Below are positions 17,301 to 26,267 of a DNA stretch of 50,079 nucleotides, piece by piece. The notes beneath the pieces were generated by a model. The model was not told where the DNA came from. It searched no databases and saw only the letters and a program-made list of their open reading frames with translations. The translations under genes were made by a program, and so were the position numbers. Origin of the DNA: a virus (taxonomy: Duplodnaviria; Caudoviricetes). The DNA is taken from the IMG/VR virus record IMGVR_UViG_3300026189_000008, positions 1 to 50,079 of that record. The stretch is one strand, 5' to 3'. Numbering within the stretch: the stretch's first letter is position 1; every line of letters starts with the position of its first letter.

Positions 17301-20300
17301 GTTTTTAATATCTATTCCTAGTTCGTTTAATTTTTGTCGAGCTCTTTCCGCTGCGGTTTGCATACCAGCTTGCGTTGGCACAAAAGAATTTATATATTTA
17401 GATGTAGATAATAATCTTAATTCACCCGCTTTAGATGTTGCTCCTAAAGTTGTATCTTGAATATCAGATATAAACTTAGCGTTTAATTGCTGATCAAATC
17501 CCATTACAATAGGTCTCAATACATTATCCACTTGTGTTAATATTGTTTCTATTTCAGTAGGATGTTGTACTGCTAAAGATATTAACGGCATTACCGCTTC
17601 TACAATTTGAAATGATATATAAGACGAAGGATCACTATGCTCACCTTTAAATACTAAACCAGCTGCTATATTATCTTCTGTAAGCTCTTTACCTTTTAAT
17701 TTAAGGAAATCTACAGCATCATTATAGTAAGGGTGCTTTCTATTTGCAAATAATTCAGTGCCTTTTGGAGCGTCGCTTTTCTTTAAATAAAATTTAGTTC
17801 TCGATGCGTTGGAATACGGTGCTTGTGAGCCATCTAATATTTGTATATCACTCAACCCCGTCATGCTACGCAGAGCTTTACCTAAGCTACTGCTAGATGC
17901 AACCCACTGCATAAAGCCTGATAATTTTGTAGGATCATTAGCAACTACCTTAATACCTTCTTGAACAAGAAAGATCATACCTTCTGTGTTCGACGATTTT
18001 ATAGTTTTTAACTTATCTAATAAACCTTGTTCTTTAAGCTTTGCTTGTTTTTCCGCCTTAGTAATATCTTCCGCTAAAATTTTAGCAATTTGCTGCATTG
18101 TGCCAGACCCGGCCTGCATACCTTCAACGCCTTCTAACCAAAATAAGTTTTGTCTTATGTCACCTGCATTTAATAAATTTTTCTTAGCTACAAGCTTCCT
18201 TGCTTTTTCATTAAAACCATCTTGATATTTAGCAGTTGTAGTCGGGTTTAAAAAACCTATGTCTAAACCAAACATTTGTTTGTTAAACTTTTTAGTAACA
18301 TTGCTTGGTAATATATCTATAAAGTCAGTAATAAAAGCCTCTAATTGTTTTTTAAGTTCTTTACTATTAGTTTTTGCATTTAGAAAATCATTGACATATA
18401 ATTTGATAGGGTTAATATCATTATCAACATTGCCGCTTTCAACGAGGTTTTTAATTTCTCTTTTGAAAAATGCACTTTCCATCAAAGGCATAATCTTATC
18501 ATCGTAAACAGATTGTTCCGCGGGTGTAAGATTAGCATACGCATTTTTAAACATAGGATCTTTACTGCCAAACGATAAATGATTATTAAATGCAATTTCA
18601 ATTGCCCCTATAGATCTTTTCGTTCCACCTAATTCAGCGTCAGCTTCTAACTGTGCAAGTACATCAGCAACCTCAAGTTCTGCATCCATCATAGACTGAC
18701 TTCTGCCAAAACTCTCTGCTACTTGTGTACCATTTTTAATGCCATCTACAAACAACTCAACAGCAACCATCTGACTTATATGTTTTTCAACAGCTGGTTT
18801 TCTACCTGCTATTAAACCTTTAACAGCAAATGTTCCGTCTGCGTTCTTGGTTACAGTTTTAAAGAATGACTGTAAAAAATCTATATCTGAAACTTGATCT
18901 GAGGATTTTTTAAATGTAAGATCATGCCCAGCTGTTCTTTGCGCACTGTCTTTACTAACTTTTTCTCTTGCTATTTTTTTGCCAGCCCAGTCTGGGTAGC
19001 TAACTGTTTCACGTGTGCCGTCTTCGTTTATAATAGTTTTTTCAATTGCTGCTGGTATACCGCCTGCAACTTTACCACTTCTATCTTGACCCATTAAAAA
19101 TGTTCGAGTAGAGTTTTCTATTATAGCTTTCTTATATTTTAATAATCTTTTAGCTAAAGCATCACCTGTTCCTAAATCAATTCTATTAGGTATATTAGAT
19201 TGATCAATAGATTTTAAAAGCTCACGCATAAACGGTGTAACTTTTTTATTTTTACTAATACCCTCTTTAACACCTGTTTTTAATAACCTAGCTATTGTAT
19301 TTAAATCACTTTTTATTAAACTGATTGCTTCGCCGATTACAAGACCAGAGTCTTTTAATTTTCTGTATTCTTTAACTTCAGTTGTTACTTTAGGTGTTGG
19401 GTCTCCAGATTGCTTTTCTAATATAGCCAAAGCATCTGTGTCTATTCTGTTAACGTATATTGGATCTACACGCTTACGGTCGTCTCTAAACGCATCAAGT
19501 ATACGTTTACGTATTCTACCATTTAAATAGCCATATAAGGTACCGCGGCCGTCCCATGGGTTGTTTCTTATGTCAGTTAATGTTCTTAATAAAACATCCT
19601 GCATAAACTCCATTCTAAGTTCAGGATCAAACTTAATGGCTAGGTTACCAACTTGTGCATTAACCATGTCTGGTAATTCCCTATCCACAGCAGGATTATT
19701 AGCAGCATCCTCTTTGGTAAACTTACTTAATCTTTCTTTTGTTTTACCTAAATCTTTTTCAGATAGCGAACGCTTTTTAACTTTTAAATCTTTACCTGCT
19801 TCAATTTTTTGTTTAGCTAAATTACTAAGCTTCCCATCTGCTAGATTTTTTTGATAGTTAAGTATAAAATCATATACTTCTTTACCGCTTTTAAAATTTA
19901 GCGCTTTTTCTTGGCCTAGTCTTCCTTTGAATAAATTACTCATCCAATTACCAAGTTGTTGCCACCATTTATCGCCAAATTGTTTTAACGGGTCAACTCC
20001 CATTTTTTGGCTGTTACCAACAATATCACTAAACGCTGTAAACCATTCATCTAAGTTTACAGTATTTATGTCTGTATAATTTTTTTGAAGCTGTCCTAAT
20101 ATTTGATTATATAAACCTTTTTGCTTAAGAACATTTTTAAACTCACCTAATAATCTTTTTTGTAATGCGGTTGGTTTACCATCTACAGTGAACTCAGCTT
20201 TTAATATTTTATGTAATAACTCATGCGATCCTACTGACAATGCGCTATTTGCAGCGGCTACATCTTCAATGATAACAATTTTACCACCGACGTCCATAAA

Positions 20301-22970
20301 ACCATTGCTTATAAGATCTTTACCTTTATATCCTTGCTCTGCGGCTTCTTGTTGATTTGCAAAAATAATGACATTATCTTTACCACCAAGCTTTTCAATA
20401 AGTTTACCCTCTTCTTTTATTAGCTTTAAGTTTTCGCCTCTTTGCAGTTCTATGTTTTCTTGAGTAAGTCTATCTATTTCTTGTTGTGTATTACCTTCAA
20501 GACCAGGAGCTAATGCTTTCTTTTCTTCTTTTAATCTGTTAATTTCTTGCGTATTGTTAGCAATTTTAACAAATGTGTCGGGATTTAATTCAGCAAGGTA
20601 CATCGGTACCTCTTTGTTATTAACAGCGTTACCAACAGCATCAACGTCTTTTAATATATTATCAGCTTCTTTTTGTGTTAATACTTTGTTTTTAACTAAA
20701 TAATCAAATCTTGATTTTGCTCCTTTTTTATCTTGCGATAATTGATACAAGTCTGAAACTTTTGAAGGTGTATAATTTTGGCCTGATGCACTAACACCGC
20801 CAAGTAAACCACCTGCAGCAAACGACATTATAGATGTTTCTATAAAATCTTTCATGCTGTATTCTTCGTCTACAAAGTCTTTACCTAATGCTTCATTTAA
20901 GTTTGCATTTACAATGTTAGACTCACCAAATTGTTGTATGTTTTCTTGAATAACTTCTTTAGTACCTTCGCCTAAAAAGCTTGCGCCTGTTTTTCTATTT
21001 ACATAATCTTTTACCGTTTTTGTAAATTCATTTTTGGCAGCGCCATAAGGGTTTGCTTTATTGTTTTTAGCAGCTGTTACTATTCTATTATATATACTGT
21101 TTTTACCCGCAACAAAATCATCTAAAAACTTTACTTGACCTATACGTGGGTTAATTGGTCCCGTAAGAGCATACAATAAACTCATTTGGAAGCCGCCCAT
21201 AGTGGCTAGCTTTTCAGCTGTTTCAATATCTAAATTTGCTCGTTGAGCTGCTTGAAGAGTATTTTTATATCCTGAGGCTGCACCATATAAAGACTGAAAC
21301 ATAGTAGCATCTACTAAACCCTTTTGTGTTGCTGTTAAGTTAAGACCAAATGTTTCGTATTTGCCTTTTAAATCTCTACCCTTTCTTGCCCCTTTAGCCA
21401 CTAGCCCTTTATATTTATTAAACGCTCCTACTGATTTAAATCTTCCAAGCTTATTTAACGCTGACAAAGCTCTTAAAGATAAAGCTCCTCTTACAACTCC
21501 AGCCCCTTTTGTTCCGACAATTTGGCCTACAATATTACCAGTTACATTACCAAACATTTTAGCGCCACCTCTTGAAGAAAAGTCTGATACTGTTTCGCTG
21601 TTTGGATCCATTTTTGAATATAATGTTTCAGCGCTTGGACCAGTGTAGTTAGACGCATTTAAAATACCAGTTATATTAACATTGTTTGTTTCATCATAAA
21701 TTGATCCGTCTTCAGCAATAATATAGTCTATACCATCATGATTAACCCGTTTACCTTCAGCCATAAAATAATCAAGAGACTTATTACCATATTGTTCTTG
21801 CATATTTAGCCTAGCTGTATTAGACCTAGTCCAATCACTTCCTCCTACGGGCATCCAATCAGGTAGCCAACCACCAACCATTAAAAGTAAATCTCTTCCA
21901 GCTTCAAACCCGCCAACAGGAACCTGTAAAACAGGGTTAGTTATACTAGCTATAACATCTTCAACGTCGTTCCTATCTTTTAGTCTTTCGTATTTATCAA
22001 CTAATTCTTCTTGCTTTTTATTTTTATATAATGTTAAATCCTGATATACATTTGTTTTGTAGCCTTCAAAATCATGCAATTGGTTATAGTAGTTATTAGC
22101 TACTGGATTTTCATAATTAAAAGCTATAGCTGATATGTCATCAATTGTTCTTGCTCCTTCAAATATTTCTGGGTTTTCATAAAGAGCAACTAAAGCTTCT
22201 CTATCGTTAGCTCTTTTTGTTCTATAAGCTTCGTACTCATCTAAAGCATTAGCTAAATCTTGTTCAGGCATAGCTTTTTCCATTTCGTCTGAATAAAATA
22301 TATTGTCTCTTCTATATATTCCACCATCTTCCATGCCTTCTTCAAAGTATTTTGTAAAACCGGTTCTATTTAAATAACCTTGAAAATCAACTAAATTAAA
22401 ATTTTCTGTGGCTCCAATACCAGGGTAGTATTTGTCAACAAATGAAGTATCACCATCTTGACTATAAAATAGATTGTCATATTCTATATCTAAATCGTTA
22501 TTAAGTTCATAAGTTCTTCCAAGAACTTCCGCAGAAAGTATATCTTCTTTTTTAATATATTTTCTATTGTTTACTTTTTTTCCTCTAGAATTAGATATAA
22601 ATTCAGGTTGATCTTGATTATATAATCTCCAGTTGTTTAAATCATCTTCTGATGGTTCGTCAAATATAACCTTTCTTACCTTGCGGCCTCTTCTATTTGG
22701 AGTTGTAGTATCGCTTATTACTTGTGTTGACCCTGTAGTAGGATCATAATCATAAAAAGCTTTACCGTCTCTATACACATCATAAGCTCCATTAGGAGCT
22801 GCTGTACCTTCAGCTCTTGCGTTGAAATCCGATAAAGACAGATCCAAGTTGGATGCCATACCGTTTTGTTCTGGAGTTACAGACGCATCCGTCCCCGCAA
22901 CCCCGTTTGCTTTTTTTGGTTGTACCCATTGTTTTAGGTTATCGTCCCAAATTAATTTTTCTTCTGACAT
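14400..22970 (-). CDS. Giant multidomain virion/ejection protein (2856 aa) with zincin, sigma-like and HAD regions
   Basis: HELLH (aa 916-920) plus downstream DEW; DFDDT...LTAR...FVDD HAD motifs; position downstream of tail and ejection genes. Confidence 0.8.
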   Translation of the reverse strand: MSEEKLIWDDNLKQWVQPKKANGVAGTDASVTPEQNGMASNLDLSLSDFNARAEGTAAPNGAYDVYRDGKAFYDYDPTTGSTQVISDTTTPNRRGRKVRKVIFDEPSEDDLNNWRLYNQDQPEFISNSRGKKVNNRKYIKKEDILSAEVLGRTYELNNDLDIEYDNLFYSQDGDTSFVDKYYPGIGATENFNLVDFQGYLNRTGFTKYFEEGMEDGGIYRRDNIFYSDEMEKAMPEQDLANALDEYEAYRTKRANDREALVALYENPEIFEGARTIDDISAIAFNYENPVANNYYNQLHDFEGYKTNVYQDLTLYKNKKQEELVDKYERLKDRNDVEDVIASITNPVLQVPVGGFEAGRDLLLMVGGWLPDWMPVGGSDWTRSNTARLNMQEQYGNKSLDYFMAEGKRVNHDGIDYIIAEDGSIYDETNNVNITGILNASNYTGPSAETLYSKMDPNSETVSDFSSRGGAKMFGNVTGNIVGQIVGTKGAGVVRGALSLRALSALNKLGRFKSVGAFNKYKGLVAKGARKGRDLKGKYETFGLNLTATQKGLVDATMFQSLYGAASGYKNTLQAAQRANLDIETAEKLATMGGFQMSLLYALTGPINPRIGQVKFLDDFVAGKNSIYNRIVTAAKNNKANPYGAAKNEFTKTVKDYVNRKTGASFLGEGTKEVIQENIQQFGESNIVNANLNEALGKDFVDEEYSMKDFIETSIMSFAAGGLLGGVSASGQNYTPSKVSDLYQLSQDKKGAKSRFDYLVKNKVLTQKEADNILKDVDAVGNAVNNKEVPMYLAELNPDTFVKIANNTQEINRLKEEKKALAPGLEGNTQQEIDRLTQENIELQRGENLKLIKEEGKLIEKLGGKDNVIIFANQQEAAEQGYKGKDLISNGFMDVGGKIVIIEDVAAANSALSVGSHELLHKILKAEFTVDGKPTALQKRLLGEFKNVLKQKGLYNQILGQLQKNYTDINTVNLDEWFTAFSDIVGNSQKMGVDPLKQFGDKWWQQLGNWMSNLFKGRLGQEKALNFKSGKEVYDFILNYQKNLADGKLSNLAKQKIEAGKDLKVKKRSLSEKDLGKTKERLSKFTKEDAANNPAVDRELPDMVNAQVGNLAIKFDPELRMEFMQDVLLRTLTDIRNNPWDGRGTLYGYLNGRIRKRILDAFRDDRKRVDPIYVNRIDTDALAILEKQSGDPTPKVTTEVKEYRKLKDSGLVIGEAISLIKSDLNTIARLLKTGVKEGISKNKKVTPFMRELLKSIDQSNIPNRIDLGTGDALAKRLLKYKKAIIENSTRTFLMGQDRSGKVAGGIPAAIEKTIINEDGTRETVSYPDWAGKKIAREKVSKDSAQRTAGHDLTFKKSSDQVSDIDFLQSFFKTVTKNADGTFAVKGLIAGRKPAVEKHISQMVAVELFVDGIKNGTQVAESFGRSQSMMDAELEVADVLAQLEADAELGGTKRSIGAIEIAFNNHLSFGSKDPMFKNAYANLTPAEQSVYDDKIMPLMESAFFKREIKNLVESGNVDNDINPIKLYVNDFLNAKTNSKELKKQLEAFITDFIDILPSNVTKKFNKQMFGLDIGFLNPTTTAKYQDGFNEKARKLVAKKNLLNAGDIRQNLFWLEGVEGMQAGSGTMQQIAKILAEDITKAEKQAKLKEQGLLDKLKTIKSSNTEGMIFLVQEGIKVVANDPTKLSGFMQWVASSSSLGKALRSMTGLSDIQILDGSQAPYSNASRTKFYLKKSDAPKGTELFANRKHPYYNDAVDFLKLKGKELTEDNIAAGLVFKGEHSDPSSYISFQIVEAVMPLISLAVQHPTEIETILTQVDNVLRPIVMGFDQQLNAKFISDIQDTTLGATSKAGELRLLSTSKYINSFVPTQAGMQTAAERARQKLNELGIDIKNLVNINISVQASVEGAKRSTGKGISVYDFDDTLAFSQSQIIVTMPVDPEILDIAARRMFGDTAFKNVQNFQKRFNNLNEAQQKQVLQSIPGTTRKITPAQFAVEGETLAQRGAKFDFSEFNKVVKGTPGPLVPRLRKAIGKFGNENMYVLTARPQASAKSIYRFLKELGVEIPLRNIVGLENGAPSAKANWMVNKVAQGFNDFYFVDDAIKNVKAVQEVLNKFDVNSKVQQAKKRSAGDLSEQLNKMVERSKGVKAEAVFSKTVARRRGAQKGRFKFFIPHGAEDFRGLTSYTLAGKGKQGEADQQFFEDNLVTPYTQGVAAMEMARQALKNDYRNLLKQNKPIKKKLNKKVPGTEYTYDEAVRVYLYTKSGFDVPGISKRDLKKLVNTIQSDSDLQLFANALQLISKKEAWVEPSQHWDVGSILKDLNELSEKVNRKEYLAEFNENVDIIFSEQNLNKLEAVYGTRYVDALKNIIGRMKSGINRPAQPGRYEQQWLNWVNNSVGTIMFFNRRSALLQMISFTNFINWSDNNPMAAGLAFANQPLYWKTWAKIFNSDKLKQRRGGLKSDIQEQEIANAARNSKDKAGAVIAYLLKIGFTPTQLADSFAIATGGATFLINRTKTYTKQGMSKAEAEAKAFEDFAKVSDETQQSGDPMLISAQQSSHLGRLILAFQNTPMQYTRLMKKAGQDLINGRGDRKTNISKIMYYGFVQNLIFTTLQQALFALLPEFDPEDDEEKYEKLIQTKQERVINGMIDTILRGSGLTGAVVSTIKNTLNQYYRQEKKGYMADHTYTVLEVANVSPPIGSKLRKIYGAIQTEKFDKDVIAERGYEVTRDGRLNLSPKYQVIGNIASAAFNIPLDRAVAETQGITEALDARNTIYQRIALALGWRTWDVNAKNEEHELIKTTAKAERKEAGKEKAKKTRKDNADKLKALEKRIPGNVYGDYMKWKKGKTIKEKIQYIEQNY

Positions 22971-23012
22971 ATTATTTATTGTTAACTTTTCTCTTTCGAG
23001 GAGTGTTTACCA

Positions 23013-24227
23013 TTATAGTTGTGTTACCCTAGATATACCAAATCTAGCTGCATCTTTACCAAGTTTACCATTGCTGTCTATTATTACATATTGGTTTCCT
23101 TTTGAATCATATATATAAAAACCTGTTTCATCATACTTAAATTCATTAGGCGTAAAGGATTTATTGCCTGTTATCCTGTCAAATAACTTACCTGAAATAC
23201 CAGTAGCTCCACCTTTAGCTGCTTTTAATATTTTTATATTAGCCGCCATTTGTTCTGCGGTTAACGCTTGATTGCCTGTTGGACCTGGAGGGTTTGCAGC
23301 ATTATAGCTATCATTAGCGATTTTTTCCATGCTACCTATTAGTTGCTTAATTACCTCATCTTGTAGCTCTGCTGTTTTAGTAGGATCTGAATATACACTA
23401 TAATCTATATCTAATAAACCATCTGTTAATAGTTTATCAACAACTATAGATCTAAGTGCATTCGGATTTTGACTAAACGCATCTGTTAATTGTAGCCGTA
23501 TAGATGATTTTTGATAATCAGTTAATTTTTGTTTTGTTTTATGTACGTTGTTTGCAATTTTCATTATTGCATCCGCAGTACCAAAAGCTTTCAACGATGG
23601 GTTTTTGTAATCTGTATAATTAATACTTTGGCCTTCGTAGTTAAACATTAAATTACCATTATCTATTGTAAACGGTGTAGACTTATTATACATGTATGCA
23701 GCTTGATCTACAGCTCCTGTGTTTGCCATAGACAATCTATTTTCATAACCATCAGATATAAACTCTGTTTGGTTTTCTTTATATACTTTTAAGTTATTAG
23801 CTAACGCTTGAAATTGATTATTAACCTGTTGCATTACATCAGCATATTGCATATATTCAGGATCAGTCACATCATATTCAGCAATTGCATTTGCGGCATC
23901 AATATACTCTTGTTTTTTAGCTGTTAAAAACTCTGTTATATTTTTTTGTTGATCCCCTGATATACCAGTTAAATCTATATTAGATTGCATTTGGCCTAAC
24001 AAAGCGCCAACCTTTTGGTTTGTTGCGGCTATCTTCTGTTCTTCTGCTTGCTTTGCCGCTGCCGCTTGTTGCGCTATTGCATCTTTTCTTTTTTGAACAC
24101 CAGCTATAACTTTTTCAGATATTTCCATACCTGGTCTCATAGCTGCCGCAATGTCTAAAAAGCCACCGTCTTTGTTGCCTCCTGTTATAGCGTAATTTTC
24201 ACCTAATATTAATGCTCTATTTGCCAT
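23013..24227 (-). CDS. Putative internal virion (ejection) protein
   Basis: Helical Ala/Gln-rich; middle gene of a small-medium-giant triad typical of podoviruses. Confidence 0.55.
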   Translation of the reverse strand: MANRALILGENYAITGGNKDGGFLDIAAAMRPGMEISEKVIAGVQKRKDAIAQQAAAAKQAEEQKIAATNQKVGALLGQMQSNIDLTGISGDQQKNITEFLTAKKQEYIDAANAIAEYDVTDPEYMQYADVMQQVNNQFQALANNLKVYKENQTEFISDGYENRLSMANTGAVDQAAYMYNKSTPFTIDNGNLMFNYEGQSINYTDYKNPSLKAFGTADAIMKIANNVHKTKQKLTDYQKSSIRLQLTDAFSQNPNALRSIVVDKLLTDGLLDIDYSVYSDPTKTAELQDEVIKQLIGSMEKIANDSYNAANPPGPTGNQALTAEQMAANIKILKAAKGGATGISGKLFDRITGNKSFTPNEFKYDETGFYIYDSKGNQYVIIDSNGKLGKDAARFGISRVTQL

Positions 24228-24238
24228 ACTATTATATT

Positions 24239-24880
24239 TTATCCAGTATTACCCATCATATTCTGCATAAATCCGCCACCCTGGCCTCCTAAGCCTGGGA
24301 TATTTGGTAATACAGATCCTGCTAATCCGGTAACACCGCCAATTATAGATTTAGTCGCCGCTGCTCTTGCTGCTTTAGCTGCACCTAATCTTTGTTGAGA
24401 CATACCAAACATAGTTTCTGTTTTTTCTTTTTCTTGTGATCTTGATATTAGTTCACCTTCTCTTTCCATTGCTTGTAGTTGACCAGCCATAGATCTTTCA
24501 GCTTGTTGATTTGCTGCTTCTTGTTGGCCTATACTTGCAGATGTCTGAGCGAGATTTTTACTTTGCTGCCCAGCTAACGATTGAGCTAATGCAGCGATAC
24601 CTGATCCACCAGCTGCTCCTTGCAAATTACTCATTGTATTTGCTAAGTTTTGCTGCTGTTGTTCAGCTAAGAAGTCTGCTTGTTGAGTATTAACAGTCAG
24701 ATCTTCCATAGTGTTCTGCATGTTCTGATAAGGGTTTGATGTGTCTAGGTCCATCAATCTCTGCTTATTTCTGTTATACTCTTTTTGAGCCGCACGTTCT
24801 TCTGCTTTTCTTTTTTTGCTTCCAATAATCCCACCGGCAATTCCAGCTAGACCTTGGACAGCACCCATTATTGGTAACAT
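24239..24880 (-). CDS. Putative ejection/pilot protein
   Basis: Gly-rich hydrophobic termini (GAVQGLAGIAGGIIG; GGVTGLAG) around a Gln/Ala coiled coil. Confidence 0.62.
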   Translation of the reverse strand: MLPIMGAVQGLAGIAGGIIGSKKRKAEERAAQKEYNRNKQRLMDLDTSNPYQNMQNTMEDLTVNTQQADFLAEQQQQNLANTMSNLQGAAGGSGIAALAQSLAGQQSKNLAQTSASIGQQEAANQQAERSMAGQLQAMEREGELISRSQEKEKTETMFGMSQQRLGAAKAARAAATKSIIGGVTGLAGSVLPNIPGLGGQGGGFMQNMMGNTG

Positions 24881-24902
24881 ATTCTTAAAGTTTTTATAGT
24901 TT

Positions 24903-24911
24903 TATTATTAC
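24903..24911 (-). promoter_or_regulatory. Candidate phage-sigma promoter element GTAATAATA
   Basis: Intergenic, about 22 nt upstream of the ejection gene cluster. Confidence 0.35.
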
Positions 24912-24914
24912 GTG

Positions 24915-25256
24915 TTATTTACTGCTCTCAAATATCTCTGAACCTACAGAAAATATTTCCGCTTCTTCTGTTGTGCCGTTTCTAAATTGAATTCTAGCAT
25001 AATACCCTAATACAGATCCTAAATTATGAGTATTATCTTTAGTAAACAATATAAAACTATTTGCTACTGGCCGTTCTGCCGAAGAAGGAATTTCGCATAT
25101 AATTGTGTTAGTGCCTTGATTAATATTTAATACAGTCCCTATTTTTAATAACGTATCCCCACTATAAACATTTTGTGAATTAGTAAAGTACGCTACGTCT
25201 CCTATTTGTACTGAAACATTTAAGGGGTGTGGAAATGTTAATGTTATTTCGTCCAT
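24915..25256 (-). CDS. Small tail-associated structural protein
   Basis: Last gene of the tail block; beta-rich, ends SVLGYYARIQFRN...EIFSVGSEIFESSK. Confidence 0.6.
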   Translation of the reverse strand: MDEITLTFPHPLNVSVQIGDVAYFTNSQNVYSGDTLLKIGTVLNINQGTNTIICEIPSSAERPVANSFILFTKDNTHNLGSVLGYYARIQFRNGTTEEAEIFSVGSEIFESSK

Positions 25257-25257
25257 A

Positions 25258-25977
25258 TTATTGCATGTTTTGGATTAAACAAACACTAGAGTTTACTACC
25301 AACCCACTCCCGCTAACTTGAATCCATGCTGCATCACCCGTTCCTGGCTCATCGCAAGCAACAAACCCAGGGCCCATATTCCAGGCAAGTCCAGTGCTAG
25401 AAGAATAGATGTAGTCTCCTGGATTAGGTAAGCTTATTTGTCCACTTTGACAAGGATTTAAAGGTTGATCCGCACAGTCTATCCATATAGAGCCTAATTT
25501 ATTAGGGTCATCACACGCTAAAGTTGCACTTAAGTATAGTTGAAAAGTGTCTGCGTCTATATCCATATAACTTGAAGGTCCTGGGCCTGGTCCAGGTTGA
25601 GAAGGAATATTGCTGTTACAAGTTACACAGTTATTATAAACATTATTTCCATCAACATCTACAATTGACTTTTCTATATACCCATTAAAGTTATCTGTGA
25701 CTACGCTTGTAATTGTAGCGCAGTAAATGTCAGAACTTGTATTACAACCCACAGGTCTATAAAATATTACGTCTCCTTGACTTAAATTGTTATAAGGGGA
25801 AGCTAATAGGACTCCTTGACCATTATCATCACACCCACTTACTGAGGATAAAAAGATAGTAATACCTAATGATCCACATTCTGTAGCGTAGTATCCAGCA
25901 CCAGATCCTGGTCCGCAAGAGGGACAGTTTTGTGATGGGCCTAAGATGCTCCCTATTTGTGCTCTATATGTAGGCAT
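25258..25977 (-). CDS. Cys-rich tail appendage protein
   Basis: Gly/Ser/Cys-rich beta repeats and PGPGPGP linker, within the tail block. Confidence 0.6.
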   Translation of the reverse strand: MPTYRAQIGSILGPSQNCPSCGPGSGAGYYATECGSLGITIFLSSVSGCDDNGQGVLLASPYNNLSQGDVIFYRPVGCNTSSDIYCATITSVVTDNFNGYIEKSIVDVDGNNVYNNCVTCNSNIPSQPGPGPGPSSYMDIDADTFQLYLSATLACDDPNKLGSIWIDCADQPLNPCQSGQISLPNPGDYIYSSSTGLAWNMGPGFVACDEPGTGDAAWIQVSGSGLVVNSSVCLIQNMQ

Positions 25978-25989
25978 AGTTTAATTTTA

Positions 25990-26250
25990 TTAAGGTGTTC
26001 CGCAGTTGTTTACATCATCACTGTACCAACCAGCTGCCGCAACTTGCGTTAAAGCTGTATCTGAATACAACGTGGTAGCATTAGCGAAGTTTTGCCCTGC
26101 AGGAACATATCTTGTAACTCCTGTGCTTGTGTTACAACATAGATCAGCCGCGCTTACTGCCGAGTAGCATAAATATAAAGCTGTATAGCAACTCGGGCAA
26201 GAAGCGGAATTTCCTAGTGTTGTACCTGATAATTCTCTATAATTTGCCAT
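25990..26250 (-). CDS. Small Cys-rich tail appendage protein
   Basis: Shares repeat halves with both neighbouring genes. Confidence 0.62.
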   Translation of the reverse strand: MANYRELSGTTLGNSASCPSCYTALYLCYSAVSAADLCCNTSTGVTRYVPAGQNFANATTLYSDTALTQVAAAGWYSDDVNNCGTP

Positions 26251-26267
26251 TGTTTAATTTTTATTAG

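Noticed and set aside
14400-22970. Giant protein as a crAss-type virion RNA polymerase
   Set aside because: No DFDID/DxDGD catalytic motif was found; DFDDT sits in a full set of HAD motifs
22988-23003. CTC-GAAA-GAG mini-hairpin upstream of the giant gene
   Set aside because: Only a 3-bp stem and no U tract
25575-25600. PGPGPGP repeat as a collagen-like or contingency repeat
   Set aside because: Very short, codons vary, and it reads as a simple interdomain linker
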